DNA of 64,000 nt from Octopus vulgaris (taxonomy: Eukaryota). The notes under the pieces are model-generated. The model worked only from the letters and a program-made list of their open reading frames with translations. It searched no databases and was not told where the DNA came from. Position numbers and translations under genes: made by a program. The stretch's first letter is position 1, and the number at the start of each line of letters is the position of its first letter. The DNA lies in contig OX597829.1 of NCBI GenBank assembly GCA_951406725.2, forward strand, positions 39,618,001 through 39,682,000, read 5' to 3'. Positions 39,250-53,812 of this stretch are shown here, one piece after another.

Positions 39250-41104
39250 ACAATGATGATGATCATGGTTGCATGATTTCATTCATATCTAGGAATTTTT
39301 ATCTGCAATACTTCACTCTTAACCATATTCTGTTGGTCACGGAATGGTGAAAAGGATAATTGTCTTTGATGAAATTCAATATCAGAATGTTAAGGATTGT
39401 AACTAAATTCTGCAACTCCCCTAATCATTCAGCTAATTCATTGATGGTACTCTTCAAAAAATTTTGACAATTTAAAGGAAAAAAATTTTAATTAAATTTA
39501 AAGTTATTCAGAACTAGAGTTTACTTGCCCTTAGAATTGATTTAATTCCAGAATTATATACAATATGTAGAGTTAGCATGTCGCTTCATTTACTTGTTTA
39601 TGTATGGAAGATACTGTATATGTATTGTGTCAATTGCCTGTGCAGAATTGTTCATAATTAATCTTACATCCATTCTGTAACACACCGTTTCGTTAATATG
39701 GTGTGTTGTCTTCCTATAAGTGGTAATTACATATGTATGTATATCAGACTGACCACTGCAGTTGCTATTTTTATACACATATGCTCTCGCATGTAATCTA
39801 TGCATGTGTGTATAGATATGAGGGTGTGTATGTGTCTGTGTATAAGTATTATGTAGTGTGTGTGAGTGTCTGCAAAACAGCATGGGAAAATGCATCTTCT
39901 GTTTATATATATATACACATATATACATAAGTGATATTACGTATCTTTTTTTTTAACCTTAAAGCAAACTGTTGTTCAGCATTTTCTAAAAATTATTATT
40001 ATTATTATTATTGTTATTATGAATTGGACTTAAGGAAAAAAAGCCATTTAAAATTTTTTCTGAAAATTCCATTTTTGTTCAATTCCTAATTTGATATTAT
40101 TATTTTGTACATAAAATATTGTGTGATAATCTTAAAATTTGGTGTAAAAAAAAAAGAAAACTTTAGGTATTTTTTTTTAATTTCTTGTTTTCACTTCTCT
40201 CTCTAAAAAAAAAATTTTTTCACTTTTATCATTTGCACAAATCTCCAAGAAGTCTTAACAAATAAAAGATCTATAAAAGAATGCTGATAGTTAGAAATAT
40301 TAATGTTTAGCAATTACGAATGTTTTTTTTTTCCAATTAAGAATTATTGGAATGTTATCTGTGGAGCAATTTTTTTTTTTTGTCTGTCAATTTTGTTTTA
40401 CTGGAAACTGCTACATGGAACCTGTCTGAGGTTGTGATCTTTTTCTAGGATTCTAAAATTTGATAATATCTTATTTCCGTGAATACTCTGAGTTCTCTGC
40501 AATTCTTGGTGTACTTGTTCATACTATGAAAAATTTTCCTTTGTGATGGTCATGGAATTTATTATTTTTCCTTTTTTTCCTTATTTTTTTTCCTTTTTAT
40601 CTTTGTAAAAGTCATCAAATTTAATCCCTGACCTAAATCTCATTTAAATAATTAAATGAACACATTAAAAGAGAAATCAATAAATCCAAAGATTTTGAAA
40701 TCGATGAATCTTAGATTCTACATAAAAAAAAGACATTTTAAATGCTTTTTATTTCAGCTTCAATCTTCTTTTGGTGATGGGTTTTCATTTTCATTTATAT
40801 ATATATGTATGTATATATATATAAATTTATACTACATATATATATATAATATATATTACATATATGTATGTAATATATATATAATAAAAGTGTATAAATA
40901 TATATATATATATGTAATGTGTGTATATATATATATAGTTATATATGTAATATATATATATATATATAAATATGTAATGTATATATATATATAATATGTA
41001 ATGTATATATATATATATATACGTAATATATATAATATGTGTATATATATATATATACAATATGTAATGTATATATATATATATATATATACGTAATATA
41101 TATA

Positions 41105-41135
<31 letters not shown>

Positions 41136-42973
41136 CACAATATGTAATGTATATATATATATATACGTAATATATATATATATATATGTAATATATATAT
41201 ATACATAATCCTCTCTAATTCTGTTTTTCTAATCACTAAATGTAATTCTGAAAAACTAAGGATTTTTACGACATACTTTTGGTATTTGCTACCTTAGCAA
41301 AAAAAAAAAATTCTTCATTGCCTATAATTTAAATAATTGCTGCTTAGTAATCTTGTGTTGGGGGTAGACCTAGGGTACACTGCTGCTTTAACATCTGACT
41401 CACCGAAGCCCATACATTATTCATTGAATTACACTTCCAGATACAAAATTGTTTATATGTAGGCTTTCTGTATGCTTAACCCTGTCAAATGTAATGCTTG
41501 CTTATTCACATTGTTTTAGATTAATCATGCATTATCTCTTAGCTTTGAGATTTTGATGATGTGATCATTTATTTTCAGAATGACATTGCAGAGTAGGTGT
41601 GATTTGGCTGGCTTGAATGTAAAACAGATAGAATATATATATGGGCCTGGTATGGCCAGTTTAATCTTGCTCAGTTCCTTTTGATAAAAGCTCAATGTTT
41701 TGGTGCGTGTTATAACCTCCATGTTTTATGGCTATTATTTACAGCTAAACATGGTTGGCAACATATTGCTTAGTTTGGCCTCACAGGTACAAATCAAACC
41801 ATCTAATGAGATTTCTGTGCATTAATTTGGTTTGTAGTGTGACAGACAAATCTATCTCAGACCAGTTCTAATATTCTCTTGAACAAGAGCTACATAGTAT
41901 CAGATCTAAATCGCATAACATTATTCCATTATAACTAGACTATCAATCACTAAACATTAAAGTGTCATTTACATCATACCAAGTTATTTTTTTTTTGCTT
42001 TGTTCTTAAGACAGTTGGATATAATTGAAAGGAATTTTTGGCTGTTAATTCTAGCAGGGATGCTTCTGAGCTTAGGTCTACTTCATCAAATCCTAAGCTG
42101 GGGTTAAACAACAAAATAGCAAATTAGCAGTTTTACTGATCTCAGATGCAGTTCATTGTGGATTTTGTAATTTAAAGCTGATGTGAAACATATCTCTTTC
42201 TTGGTAGGAATTCAGGTTATGATAGGTGAATTTCTCCACAAGGTCACTGCAAAACTAACAAAACATTCAATTTTATATCCCTGCTGTCTACTGTCTATCA
42301 CTGTTGTTATTGTTTAGCTCAAGGTTAGCCTTAATTAAGCAGAATTGATTCATCAAAGACATTCCAGTCATGACCATCCAGTCTATTTTCCTATGTGTAA
42401 GAAACCCAAGACCACAATTCAGTGTCTTTTTCTAGGGTGGTGGAATGTGATTCAAGAGAAATTAAGCTGCTGTTTCTAGCATGTGAAGGCTCCCTTGTTG
42501 GCTCAAATTTTCTAGATGTGTACTAGTGTGTTCTTGGCTCATAACTATGTAGAATCTTTCTTGTCATCTCCTCCTATCCATGATGGTAAACTGTTGTACC
42601 TGCTTACAGTTAGGTAGACTGAGGTGTTGATAATTAATCATCTTTGTCATTCTATTTGTATATTCTACCACATTAAAATATAGTTAGTTGTACTGGACTG
42701 TTAATAAATACTTAGGACACAGACACACTACAGTGAACTGTGGTACCTACATACAACTAAGCAGATTGAGCTATTGACAATTAAGTGTTTGTATCATAGA
42801 TACAGTGTGATGGACTATACTGGCCTCTGAGTTATTGAGAGTTAAGGGTTCTCCTCATTAACGTACTCAGTGAAAATCTGTTGATTTGTTGTACACGTAT
42901 ATATATATATATATATAAATATGTGAAACTCAGAGTAACAGGTTTTGTTGAATTTTCTGCTGCTTTAAATAAA

Positions 42974-43017
<44 letters not shown>

Positions 43018-43138
43018 GTATGTATGTATGTATGTATATGTATGTATGTATGTATATGTATGTATGTATATATATGTATGTGTATATATACATATGTATG
43101 TATATGTATATATATGTATATATATATATGTATGTATG

Positions 43139-43184
<46 letters not shown>

Positions 43185-43378
43185 ATGATTGACACTTTCA
43201 GGTATTTACAGTCATTGTTAGCATGTATGTATACATTTATGTGCGTTGACTGCAGTATCTGAGTGTTTTAGCTCTTATTTTGGGCATTGTAAGTGTTTTA
43301 ACACCTTCAATCATATTTAATAACAATTATTCAATAGTTTTCCTTTTTGGTGATACATTGCTAAACTGCTACCTAATC

Positions 43379-43423
<45 letters not shown>

Positions 43424-43855
43424 TAGAAAAAAACACCTTTTATCAATTCAAAATGAACAATTAAATTACACCATCTAGAAAATTACATATAATAGAAATA
43501 TTAAAATAAAAATAACAATAATATACCGATGATTAAATAAATTGCAAAATAATAACAAAAACGTTAAGTATTTTGCAATTTACTTAATCATCGGTAGATT
43601 ATTGTTATTTTATATTTAAAATTTCTATTATATGTAATTATCAATATATACATATGTTGATAACTGATGAAGAATTACGGCCCCTCTGTGTGTGTGACCT
43701 ACCTGCATGCTTTGTAGTATTTAATGCATTTTTCATTTATGGAATGACTGAATGCCACACATCCCAACTTTTGTTAACAGTAAGTTTATATATATATATA
43801 TATACACACATACACACATATATATACACATATACCTTGCTCAGAGATTTATTAT

Positions 43856-43904
<49 letters not shown>

Positions 43905-44401
43905 TGTTTATGTATCCAGTTTGCACTAAAATATAATTTTAATACTTCAGAACTTTGCTACGGTTCGCAATGTCAGATTCTGATAACGTCTGCAATTTTG
44001 GTGCAGTTCTTTGGCAAATACCTCAGAATGCTACAATAATTGGATAAACCAATGATTAAAAACTTTTTTTTTTTTGCATTTGCTACATCAAATCACTTAT
44101 GTACTTAAAGAGAAAAGTAAAGATGCTTGGGTGTGGTTATTGAGGATTTGGCTGTTGGTTACTTAGCAACAGTATTCCTTATTTGCTGCACACACACACA
44201 CACACGGCAGATCAACTTGTTCTATTTCCTTCCTCTCCCTACCTCTCTTTCAGTTGTATATGTATATGTACATATTGTATATATGTGTGTACATCTATGT
44301 ATATATAATATTCATATATTATATGTTTATACATAATATATGAATGTATATCATGTTTATACATATATGTGTATATATATATACATATATCTGTAAATAT
44401 A

Positions 44402-44519
44402 ATATGTGACAATTATTCGGTAGCCAAGATAAAACTTATGAAGAGATGGTGGTGTGGATTTCCACCTCGGCATCCGAAACTCAGAGTTTTATCTTGGCTA
44501 CCGAATAATTGTCACATAT
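44402..44519. repeat. Perfect 35-bp inverted repeat enclosing a degenerate hammerhead-like motif
   Basis: Arms 44402-44436 and 44485-44519. Inside: CUUAUGA...GAAA-CUCAGAG-UU. Confidence 0.8.
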
Positions 44520-45949
44520 ATTTACAGATAAATTCCTCTATTTACATAATATTGAGGTCTCTTTCTTTGTTTTGTTATCTTACCGTTTTTACCAATATGT
44601 ATATATATATATATATATATATGAGAGACGGAAGTTGGAATATACAAGAATTCGTATTAAGCATGACAATTGTTTTGACACATCTAGCATTGATCCCTCA
44701 CAGGTGTAACACTTAACAACTGGCTCAGGAGCATCCGTCGGTGCAGATATGTCTCATCTGGCGATAAATAGATACGTGTGTGTGTGTGTTACATACGTAC
44801 AGTGTGCATGCATATGTATGTGATTTTGTATGTATGAATATATGTATCTTTATATTACACATATAGGGTCAACTGGGACTTTAAGTTTTGCCTGTTTACA
44901 TAAAATTGTGTTCTTTTAATGCTATTATTTATAAACACACCTCTGAAGGAAGAAAGAAATAAGAGACATAATACCATAGCCTAAAATTTCTTTATCACTC
45001 ATTTTTTTCATTATTTTAACCAATATCTTGGAATCATTGAAGAGCAACAATAGCAACAAAAATGTAATTTTATATTTTTCTTTGCATAAATATTTTCTTT
45101 TTGTTTTTTTTTTTATTAAAACAATAGTTTGTTTTTTCCCCCTTTTTTTAATTAAAAAAAAAATTTTTTTAATTTGTTATTTTCAATTTGATTTAATTGT
45201 GGAGAGAGAAATATAATGATACGAATGAGGGGAAAATTTTTTTGACGTCTCCCGAAATGTGAAAATATAAAAGAAAAAGAAAGAAAAATATACAACAAAA
45301 ACTTCAAAGAATGTACCTAAAATAATTTCACATCCCTCTGTGTACACAAGTTAAAATAAATACAAAACATTTAAAAACCATTCTCTTTCAAATTCTTAAT
45401 TCTTTTCTCAATTTTTTTTTATTTTCTGTGTTAATATACTCTCCTCTTTATCATCATTGTTATCATTAGTGTTTTAACATCTATTTTTCCGTGCCTGCAT
45501 GGATCAGATGGAATTCGTTTCTCTGCCTGGATGCTATTCCTGTTGCCTATCCTTACCTTTTTCAAAACAGAGTAACAGATTTCCATGTCCAGTCATGTTC
45601 TTGAAGAAGGTTGGCACCAAAAGACACTGTCTGTATGATGGAGATGCTTGTTTATAACCACCATATGATGCCAAGCCAAAGAGACATTAACACAGTCACC
45701 TCTTTGCACATACACACATCTATATATAGACAGCTATGACAGGTTTGCTTGATATCAGCAAATTCATTCACAAAGCCCTGGAAGGCCCCAAGGCTACAAT
45801 AGAAGATGCCTGAGGTGCCACACACTGGGACCACATCTGAAATCAAGGAATGTTACACACACATTGACATATATTAAAATCTGTCTCGGGGTTTTATTCA
45901 TCCTTTAACAAACATATTGTGCAGTTCTATATTTAAGAGATGAGGAATT

Positions 45950-46299
45950 ATGTACGTTATTTACATTTGATGGATATTTGTTCTCATCTTGTTTGTTAAC
46001 ACAATGTTTTGGCTGATATACCCTCCAGCCTTCTTCAGGTGTCTTGGGGGAAATTTCGAACCTGGTTTCTCATTCCTAAGATATTTTTCTATGTTGTTGA
46101 TGTTGTTCAGGTCACTGCCTGGAATCGAACTCAGAATCTTAAAATAATAACATTAAAAAAAAACCTTAGGAATGAAAACCCAGGTTCGAAATTTCCCCAA
46201 GACACCTGATGAAGGCTGGAGAGTATATCAGCCGAAATGTTGTGTTAACAACAAAAAAGATGAGGACAAATATCCCTCAAATGTAAATAATGTAAACAT
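45950..46299. repeat. Inverted-repeat element with about 140-bp arms, probably inverted Penelope-type pLTRs
   Basis: 45950-46088 is the reverse complement of about 46157-46299, with a few mismatches. Confidence 0.8.
46201..46246 (+). ncRNA. Minimal type I hammerhead motif in the right arm of an inverted-repeat element
   Basis: GACAC-CUGAUGA-A-GGCUG-loop-CAGCC-GAAA-UG-UU-GUGUU. A mirror copy at 45998-46043 (-) has GAAA changed to AAAA. Confidence 0.7.
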
Positions 46300-47819
46300 T
46301 GTGCATTATGTCATTACAGAACTAAATAGTTTCCCTTGTTCATTGTGTTATATTATAAATCTCTTTTACACTGAAGCTCTCTATGTATGTACAATTTATA
46401 TGTATAGGTTATAGTTCATTCTCCTCACCTTTTAAATTATATTACTTTCCCAGTCAGTGTAGACATTGGGAGCACGTGGCTTAGTGATTAAGGTGTTGGG
46501 CTTATGAGCATAAGATTGTGATTTCAATTCCTGGACTGGTCAGTGTGATGTGTTCTTGAGGAAAAAGTGCTCCAAGACCACCCAGCTGGCAAAAGTGAGT
46601 ATTCCTGTGACAGACTAGTGCCTCGTCCTGGGGTAAATACATACACCATAGAAACCAGGAAACTGGCTCTATGACTCTATATGACTCAAGAAGGAGCATT
46701 TTTTAAATATATTTCAGCTTTAATGTAGACAGCCAGATTAAACAAATTATTGAATGTAATCCTTTAAGAACAAAGAAACAAGTTTAGTATGACTAGAGTG
46801 ATGAAGAGAAACAGAATGGGTAGCTGTCAAGGAGGGTTGGGTCCATCATCCCTCCTTGTCATTCACTGATGGTCTCATTCAGAAGAAGCCCCTAAAGTAT
46901 TCATAACTAGAATTATCAAGTTCAGGAGTATTCTCAAAATTCTGAGGCATCATTTGATTGGGAAGTTCAGATACTGTGGCTTTAGTTAATTACTTGCAGG
47001 GACACTGTATTTCGTTATGCAACCATGATTCACTACAAAGTATATTAAACACTTTATAAGTCAATACTGTAATAAGTCAATAACACAGTAGAAGACAGTA
47101 TTGACTCATAAAACATTTAATAATCTTTGTATTATATTATAGTTGCATAATGAAATACGGTGTCCCTACAAGTTATATGTATGTACCAGCTGTCAGGAAA
47201 AGGCTTTGTATGTAAAATTGGTATATCCAGTAATGTTACACTGCTATATTTAGTGGCAATTTAATCATTGAGTTTGTGGATGGTTAATGGGTTGGATGGG
47301 TACTGATGAAAGATGAAGAATTCCTGAAATATGTATATACACCTAGTACCTATTTTTTCATTCTCCTTGTTTATATTAGATTTATTCAGACATGAAACAT
47401 TGTAACAAATCAGTGCTGGCTATAATTTCTATAAAAAAATCTATAGAGATAATCTAAACAGTGGGTTTAGGTACAAGACTTGAAGAGAAAGACATCACTA
47501 CAAGGATCAGAGCATCTTAATGACACAGTAGACTTCCTATCATCAGAGAACATAGCATCTGCAAAGTGAGGATTCATATTCAGAAGTTCCACTTCCTCTG
47601 CTGAAGGTTTGTATTTATTCTGTTGGTTGTAACTTTTCAGAAACATTGTGTTACCAAGAGAAGAGTGTCATAAAGGGATGAGTCACCTACTGAAATATTT
47701 ATGCTGATTGTTAGAGAAACGTTTTCAGTGTGGCATGTAATGTGTTGAAGTTGAGAGAGAATGGATTGAATAGGGTGCATCAGGATGAACTAGTTCCCAT
47801 TCTGAAGGTTTCAGAATTT

Positions 47820-48223
47820 GTGAAAATTAAGACACCTGACGAAGAGCTGCTGGTGGAATATGATAACTTACAGCCATCAGTGGTTTGTTATGCTGCTGTT
47901 GGATGGCATGGACAAACAGGGCTAAGATTTGTTAAAGGATATTGCCATGGTCCTCAAGGAAGGAAGAAGAAAACTGTAAACTAACAAGTTTACTGTGAGG
48001 AAATGTGTCCACAAATGTTCAATGAACTAGTTCCCATTCTGAAGGTTTTAAGTTTTGTGATATGAGGGCCAGTAATATTGTTCATTCCCTTGTAGATTGT
48101 CAGTAGTACTTCTGCTTGTAGTTGTACCATGCTAGTGCAAGAATTATTGTAAATCCTTCAAGAGGAATGAATATGTGATGGCATTTAAAAAATTGAGAAG
48201 TGAAATAAGCCCCAGTAACATAT
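47820..48223 (+). repeat. About 400-bp direct repeat (second copy 49763-50150), with Tc1-like transposase remnant
   Basis: Two near-identical copies about 1.94 kb apart. VVCYAAVGWHGQTGLRFV...TVN..VY resembles the Tc1/IS630 catalytic region. Confidence 0.7.
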
Positions 48224-48939
48224 TCACTCATCCACTTTTACATTCCGTGCCAGCGGCACATAAAAGGCACCATTCGAGTGTGATTGTTGCCAGCTTTGCC
48301 TTACTGGCACTTGTGTCCCATACTAAGAGCACCATCCGAGTGTGATCGTTGCCAGAGTGGCTAACTGGCATGTAGGAGGCACCATTCGAGTGTGATCATT
48401 ACCAACGTCGCCTTACTGGCACCTGTGCCATTGGCATGTGGGAAAAAATTCGAGCGAGGTCGTTGCCAGTACTGCCTGACTAGCCCCCATGCCAGTGGCA
48501 TGTAAAAAGCACCCACTACACTCTCGGAGTGGTTGGCGTTCGGAAGGGCAGATCAAGACTGGAGTCTGGTGCAGCCATCTGGTTCGCCAGCCCTCAGTCA
48601 AACCATCCAACCCATGCTAGCCTGGAAAGCGGACGTTAAACGACGACGACGACGATGACGATGATGATGATGATCTGCTTTTTTCTGTGCTAACAAAGGT
48701 TAACCAAATTTATTATTAATATTGTTTTGTAGCCGGATGTATTTTGCTGCAGCTTGCTCTTACCTGTTTTTCAAGCAAGAGATTACTTATTTCACACACC
48801 TTTGAAAGTTCAAAGTAAATGGATGATTCGTTAATAAAGAGAGCGCACAACAACAACAACAAACACCGCTGAAACCTCATGACTTTCGTTGAGTGCAAAT
48901 ATAATAAAGCACACACACACACACACACACAGACAGACA

Positions 48940-49375
48940 GAGGGTGTACTGGCTAAATTTTACTGTTTGCATAAAAAGAAAAGAAAAGGGACTATTCCAT
49001 TTAAAAATAAAAGCATTTTTTTAAAAAAATCAAAAATATACCAACTAGATTATGGTTAGGAGATAATAGTTTATACAAAGTAGCTGCCCTCATCGTCCAC
49101 CATGGCCTGAACAGGGTTTCAGAACTAGGTGCAGGCATACTTCACTGTGTTTCTCTGGGAAGATCTTTGAACGCCTTGATTGGCCTTGGTGTTGCAGGTG
49201 GAGCGATTGGTACCTTTCTCAACTGCGACTCACATAGTAATCCATTGGGGAGGGTTAGGAGGCCAGAAATTGAAGCTGGTGAAGTTGTAGAAATTCTCTG
49301 ACCACCACTTCTGACTTTTTCCAGATGTATGGCAAAGAGCCAAATCCTAAATAGCAAAATTTAACCTGACACCAA
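48940..49375 (-). mobile_element. Tc1/mariner-superfamily transposase remnant
   Basis: Minus strand reads WSENFYNFTSFNFWPPNPP..MDYYV, a decayed WPPNSPDxNPxD motif. Confidence 0.65.
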
Positions 49376-50218
49376 GTACACACATGCATGCACACACACA
49401 TGCATGAATGTGTGCATGCACATACTGACACACACATGCACACACACACACATTCATGTAGAGGGTGAGTGAACAGCAGGAGAAATTTTCAGAGGAAGAA
49501 CTCTCCATTGAGTAAATGATTTAGCCTATTAGTTCCTGACATTGTAACAGAGTGACTTCTATGTGTTCTTGTGCTATTAGTTAAACACCACCTTTTGAGT
49601 GGAATTCAGAATCCCTGGCTGAGCATATACAGGGTGGTTGCTTCAAAAGCAGAAAATTTGAAGGCAAAACTAACGAGCATTAATTAGATCATCAAGAAAC
49701 CATATGATAGGTGCACCCTCCTTTGGAACAGCCAAAATGATTGCATTTACCAAGAAGTGAATGTGAAAATTAAGATACTTGACGAAGAGCTGCTGGTGGA
49801 ATATGGTAACTTACAGCCATTAGTGGTTTGCTATGCTGCTGTTGGATGGCATGGACAAACAGGGCTAAGATTTGTTAAAGGATATTGCCATGGTCCTCAA
49901 GGAAGGAAGAAGAAAACTGTAAACTAACAAGTTTACTGTGAGGAAATGTGTCCACAAATGTTCAATGAACTGAAGGTTTTAAGTTTTGTGATATGAGGGC
50001 CAGTAATATTGTTTGTTCCCTTGTAGATTGTCAGGAGTAGTTCTGCTTGTAGTTATACCATGCTAGTGCAAGAATTATTGTAAATCTTTCAACAGGAATA
50101 TGTGATGGTATTTAAAAAATTGAGAAGTGAATAAGCTCCAGTAACATATATACATGTATAAATCTATGAATATGTATGCATACATATATACATGCATATA
50201 CATATATATATATATATA

Positions 50219-50585
50219 CTAGCACTATGACCCGGCAACGCTGGGTCATTGCTAGTGCATGCATGTACAGCTGCATGCGTGTGCACATACACGCGAGTAC
50301 TGTCCAGATCTCTGACCAGTCACATACAGCTAGCTGGCATTCAATTGGCGTATCAAGTTTCGGGCATGTTGATTGGGTTTTGGATAGAAAATTCACAAAA
50401 AAAGTTACTTCTATTGATTTTTTAATGGCTTTGCGGGGTGACTGGGGAAATGTAAAGATGTGCACGACCACCCTTGGGCAGTTTTGAATGACCATAGAAA
50501 GTGCGAGCTTTCTAAGTAAAAAATTGTGGATTTGTATAAAGGATACACACACACACACAGACATTTTGCCATTTATATATATAGA
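50219..50585 (-). mobile_element. Non-autonomous Helitron, different family
   Basis: Minus strand has a TC start and CTAG end, with hairpin GACCCGGCAACGCTGGGTC close to the 3' end. Confidence 0.7.
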
Positions 50586-50719
50586 GATACCCTTCTCCAT
50601 TGAATTATTCTACTACAACTAGTTTACTTAGGGCTTCTATGATCAAAGGAGCCATAGCTCTAATTTTCTATCTTTTCTTCCCTTTCTTTTTTCCATTTTT
50701 ATTCACCCTTTGCTTACTC

Positions 50720-51115
50720 TTTACTCTTTATTCTCTTTTACTTGTTTCAGTCATTTGAGTGTGGCCATGCTGGAGCACTGCCTTTAGTCGAGCAAATTGT
50801 CCCCAGGATTTATTCTTTGTAAGCCTAGTATTTATTCTATCAGTCTCCTTTTGCCGAACTGCTAAGTTACAGGGACATAACACACCAACATCGGTTGTCA
50901 AGTGCTGGTGATGAGACAAACACAGACACACAAACGTATACACACACATACATACACACACACATATATATATATATATATACACATATATACAACAGGC
51001 TTCTTTCAGTTTCCATCTACCAAATCCACTCACAAGGCTTTGGTCAGCCCGAGGCTATAGTAGAAGACACTTGCCCAAGGTGCCATGCAGTGGGACTGAA
51101 CCTGGAGCCATGTGG
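50720..51115 (-). mobile_element. CORE-like tRNA SINE
   Basis: Reverse complement of the 12809 family. Confidence 0.8.
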
Positions 51116-51850
51116 CTACTCCTACGCCTATTAGGGCGTGTGAAATTTCCATTTTTATTCACCTTTTGTCATCTCATTTCACTTTTTACATCGACCTTCT
51201 TGTTTTTCTCATGTCTTTTCATGTACCAGCATCCTGATTTTTTGGAACATGTGCTCAGAGACCGCAGATTGCTTGGAGACACAAAGCAAGTTATATAAAT
51301 TTTAATGGCAAGAAACCATTAGCAGCCCTTATTTTAATACAGTGTGCATTCAATGAGATTCATCTCTCACTGGATGGAGCATGTAAACTCTGTGTGTGTG
51401 TATTTGTGTTTGTGTCTGTGTTTGTCCACCACCACTTCTTGCTTCTGGTGTTCGTGTGTATACATCTCTTACAACTTAGCAGCTCAGCAAAAGAGACCAA
51501 TAGAAAAAGTACCATGCATAAAAAAAAAAAAATTAGTACAGTTATCCCTTGCCATATCACGGTTCATTTATTGCAGTTTATCATTTAAGTTTATGTTGAT
51601 TCCCCTGTGGTGTTGTTTTGCATTTATACTAAAATTTTATATATAGAGATAAATATATATAAATTATAAGAATAAAAAAATATACAGTTCAATACTTTGC
51701 AGATTTTCACCTACCATAGGGGGTTTTGGAATGTGACACCTGCAATAGTTGAGGAATTACAGTACTGGTTTGATTCATTCAACTAAAATTCTTCAAAGTG
51801 GTGCCTCCAGCATGGGCGCAGTTTAATGACTGAAACAAGTAAAAGATAAA

Positions 51851-51882
<32 letters not shown>

Positions 51883-52472
51883 TTCTATGCACATGTACAC
51901 ATACATATATATACATGAGTGTGTGGTAAGAAGCTTGCTTCCCAACCACATGGTTCCAAGAATTTAGGGGGTGGGGTGGGTAATTTCAAAATACCGATTT
52001 TTGTCATGTTTCTTTTTTTTTTTTTTTTTTTTGCAGATTCGTATTCTCCGTAGCCGAAAACGGGGATTTGTGTAGAAAAAACCGCCAATTAAATTAAGAA
52101 AAAAAAAGGGGTTGTTTTTTGGCGGGGTTACAAAAAGAAGTTTTACCGCACCCTCCACACGTACACGCACACTCAAATATAAAGTTCGATGCAGTTTCTG
52201 GGGTTTTTTTTCAATTTCGTTTTGGGATTTGGTTTGCAAGATTCTTTACATGAGTTCGTGTGTTGAAGCATATTCTGTTGTGTCTGGGGAGAGTCATTTT
52301 CTTTTTGTGCCTTATTATATAACACACTCACCGGTAACATTTCCACTTTCTTTTTTCTTATTTTTATTTCCCTAAAATTTTCGTTGCGTCTTGCAACCTT
52401 TTCAACAGTTTTGACTCAGTCCGTTATTTACAATGCGTTCCCTTTTGTTTGTTTGTGCACATGTGTGTGGGT

Positions 52473-52520
<48 letters not shown>

Positions 52521-52854
52521 ATGTTTATGTACGTATATATGTGTGTTTAAGCATATTTGTTTTTTAAAGCCTTTCTTTTGCAGACTCGGAAACTCTGATA
52601 TTCAAAATATAAACAAATTCTAATGATTGATAAGTAAATTAAGACATGGAGAGCGAACATTAAAAAGAAAATCCCTGTTAAAACGGATAGATGCAGAAAT
52701 TTAGCAGCTGTGTTAGACGAGTTGAACAATCATTTATGTTACCAGGTAAGCATAAAACAGAGGTGGAATAAAACAGAGGTGGAAAATAAATGCAAGGGAA
52801 GTAACTTACAAAGCCCTATGGATTACGTCCCTTAGATGTTGCTTTTTAATTCTT

Positions 52855-53255
52855 ATTTCTTTATTGCCCACAAGGGGGACAAACAAGGACTGAAAAAGGG
52901 ATTAAGTCGATTATATTGACCCCAGTACGTAACTAGTACTTAATTTATCGACCCCGAAAGGATGAAAGGCAAAGTCGACCTCGGCGAAATTTCAATTCAG
53001 AACGTAATGGCAGACGAAATGCCTGTTTCTTTACTACCCACAAGAGGCTAAACACAGGGAGGACAAACAAGGACAGACAAAGGGATTAAGTCGATTACAT
53101 CGACCCCAGTGCGTAACTAGTATTTAATTTATCGACCCCGAAAGGATGAAAGGCAAAGTCGACCTCGGTGGAATTTGAACTCAGAACGTAGCGGCAGACA
53201 AAATACGGCTACGCATTTCGCCTGGCGTGCTAACGTTTCTGCCAGCTCGCCTTAA
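52855..53255 (-). mobile_element. Tandem pair of the same SINE family
   Basis: Two consecutive copies of GTCGATTA..TCGACCCCGAAAGGATGAAAGGCAAAGTCGACCTCGG. Confidence 0.8.
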
Positions 53256-53812
53256 CTGAAGCTTTATATATTCTTATAAGGATGAAGGCAAAAATTTGTT
53301 TGTAAACACGACTAAGGTACTTAACTCTTAAATGGACCCCTTCTGGTCCCTGTGAATAGCTGATTGTTTGGTAACCGACATTTTAGGAACGTGGTAAAAT
53401 ATGCTGATCTTCAAAAATAGCATCCACATCCCCTTCAAGTTACACTCTGCTGTCTTATGTAGTCGATGATATACAGCAGACGTGATGGTCATGGTTGGAG
53501 TATCTTTGCTCAAAAGTCTACTCAATAAAACCTGATTTGGGACTAAACATCAACAACATATCGTGCCAACGAAGAAACTTCATTATTAGCATACGAACTA
53601 CAAGAAATAAGAGCTACATATCTCCCAAATCGTATCCTACTATCTTAAGGAGAACGGAAAGTTGAAGATCATGGCACTTCTTTTTCTTTTACTCCTTTTT
53701 TCATTCGACTACAGCCTTGCTGGAGCACTGCTCTTTGAGAAGGTGAGTCGAACAAATCAACTCCAGTACATTCTTTTAAAAACACAGACGCGCACACGCA
53801 CACACACTTACA

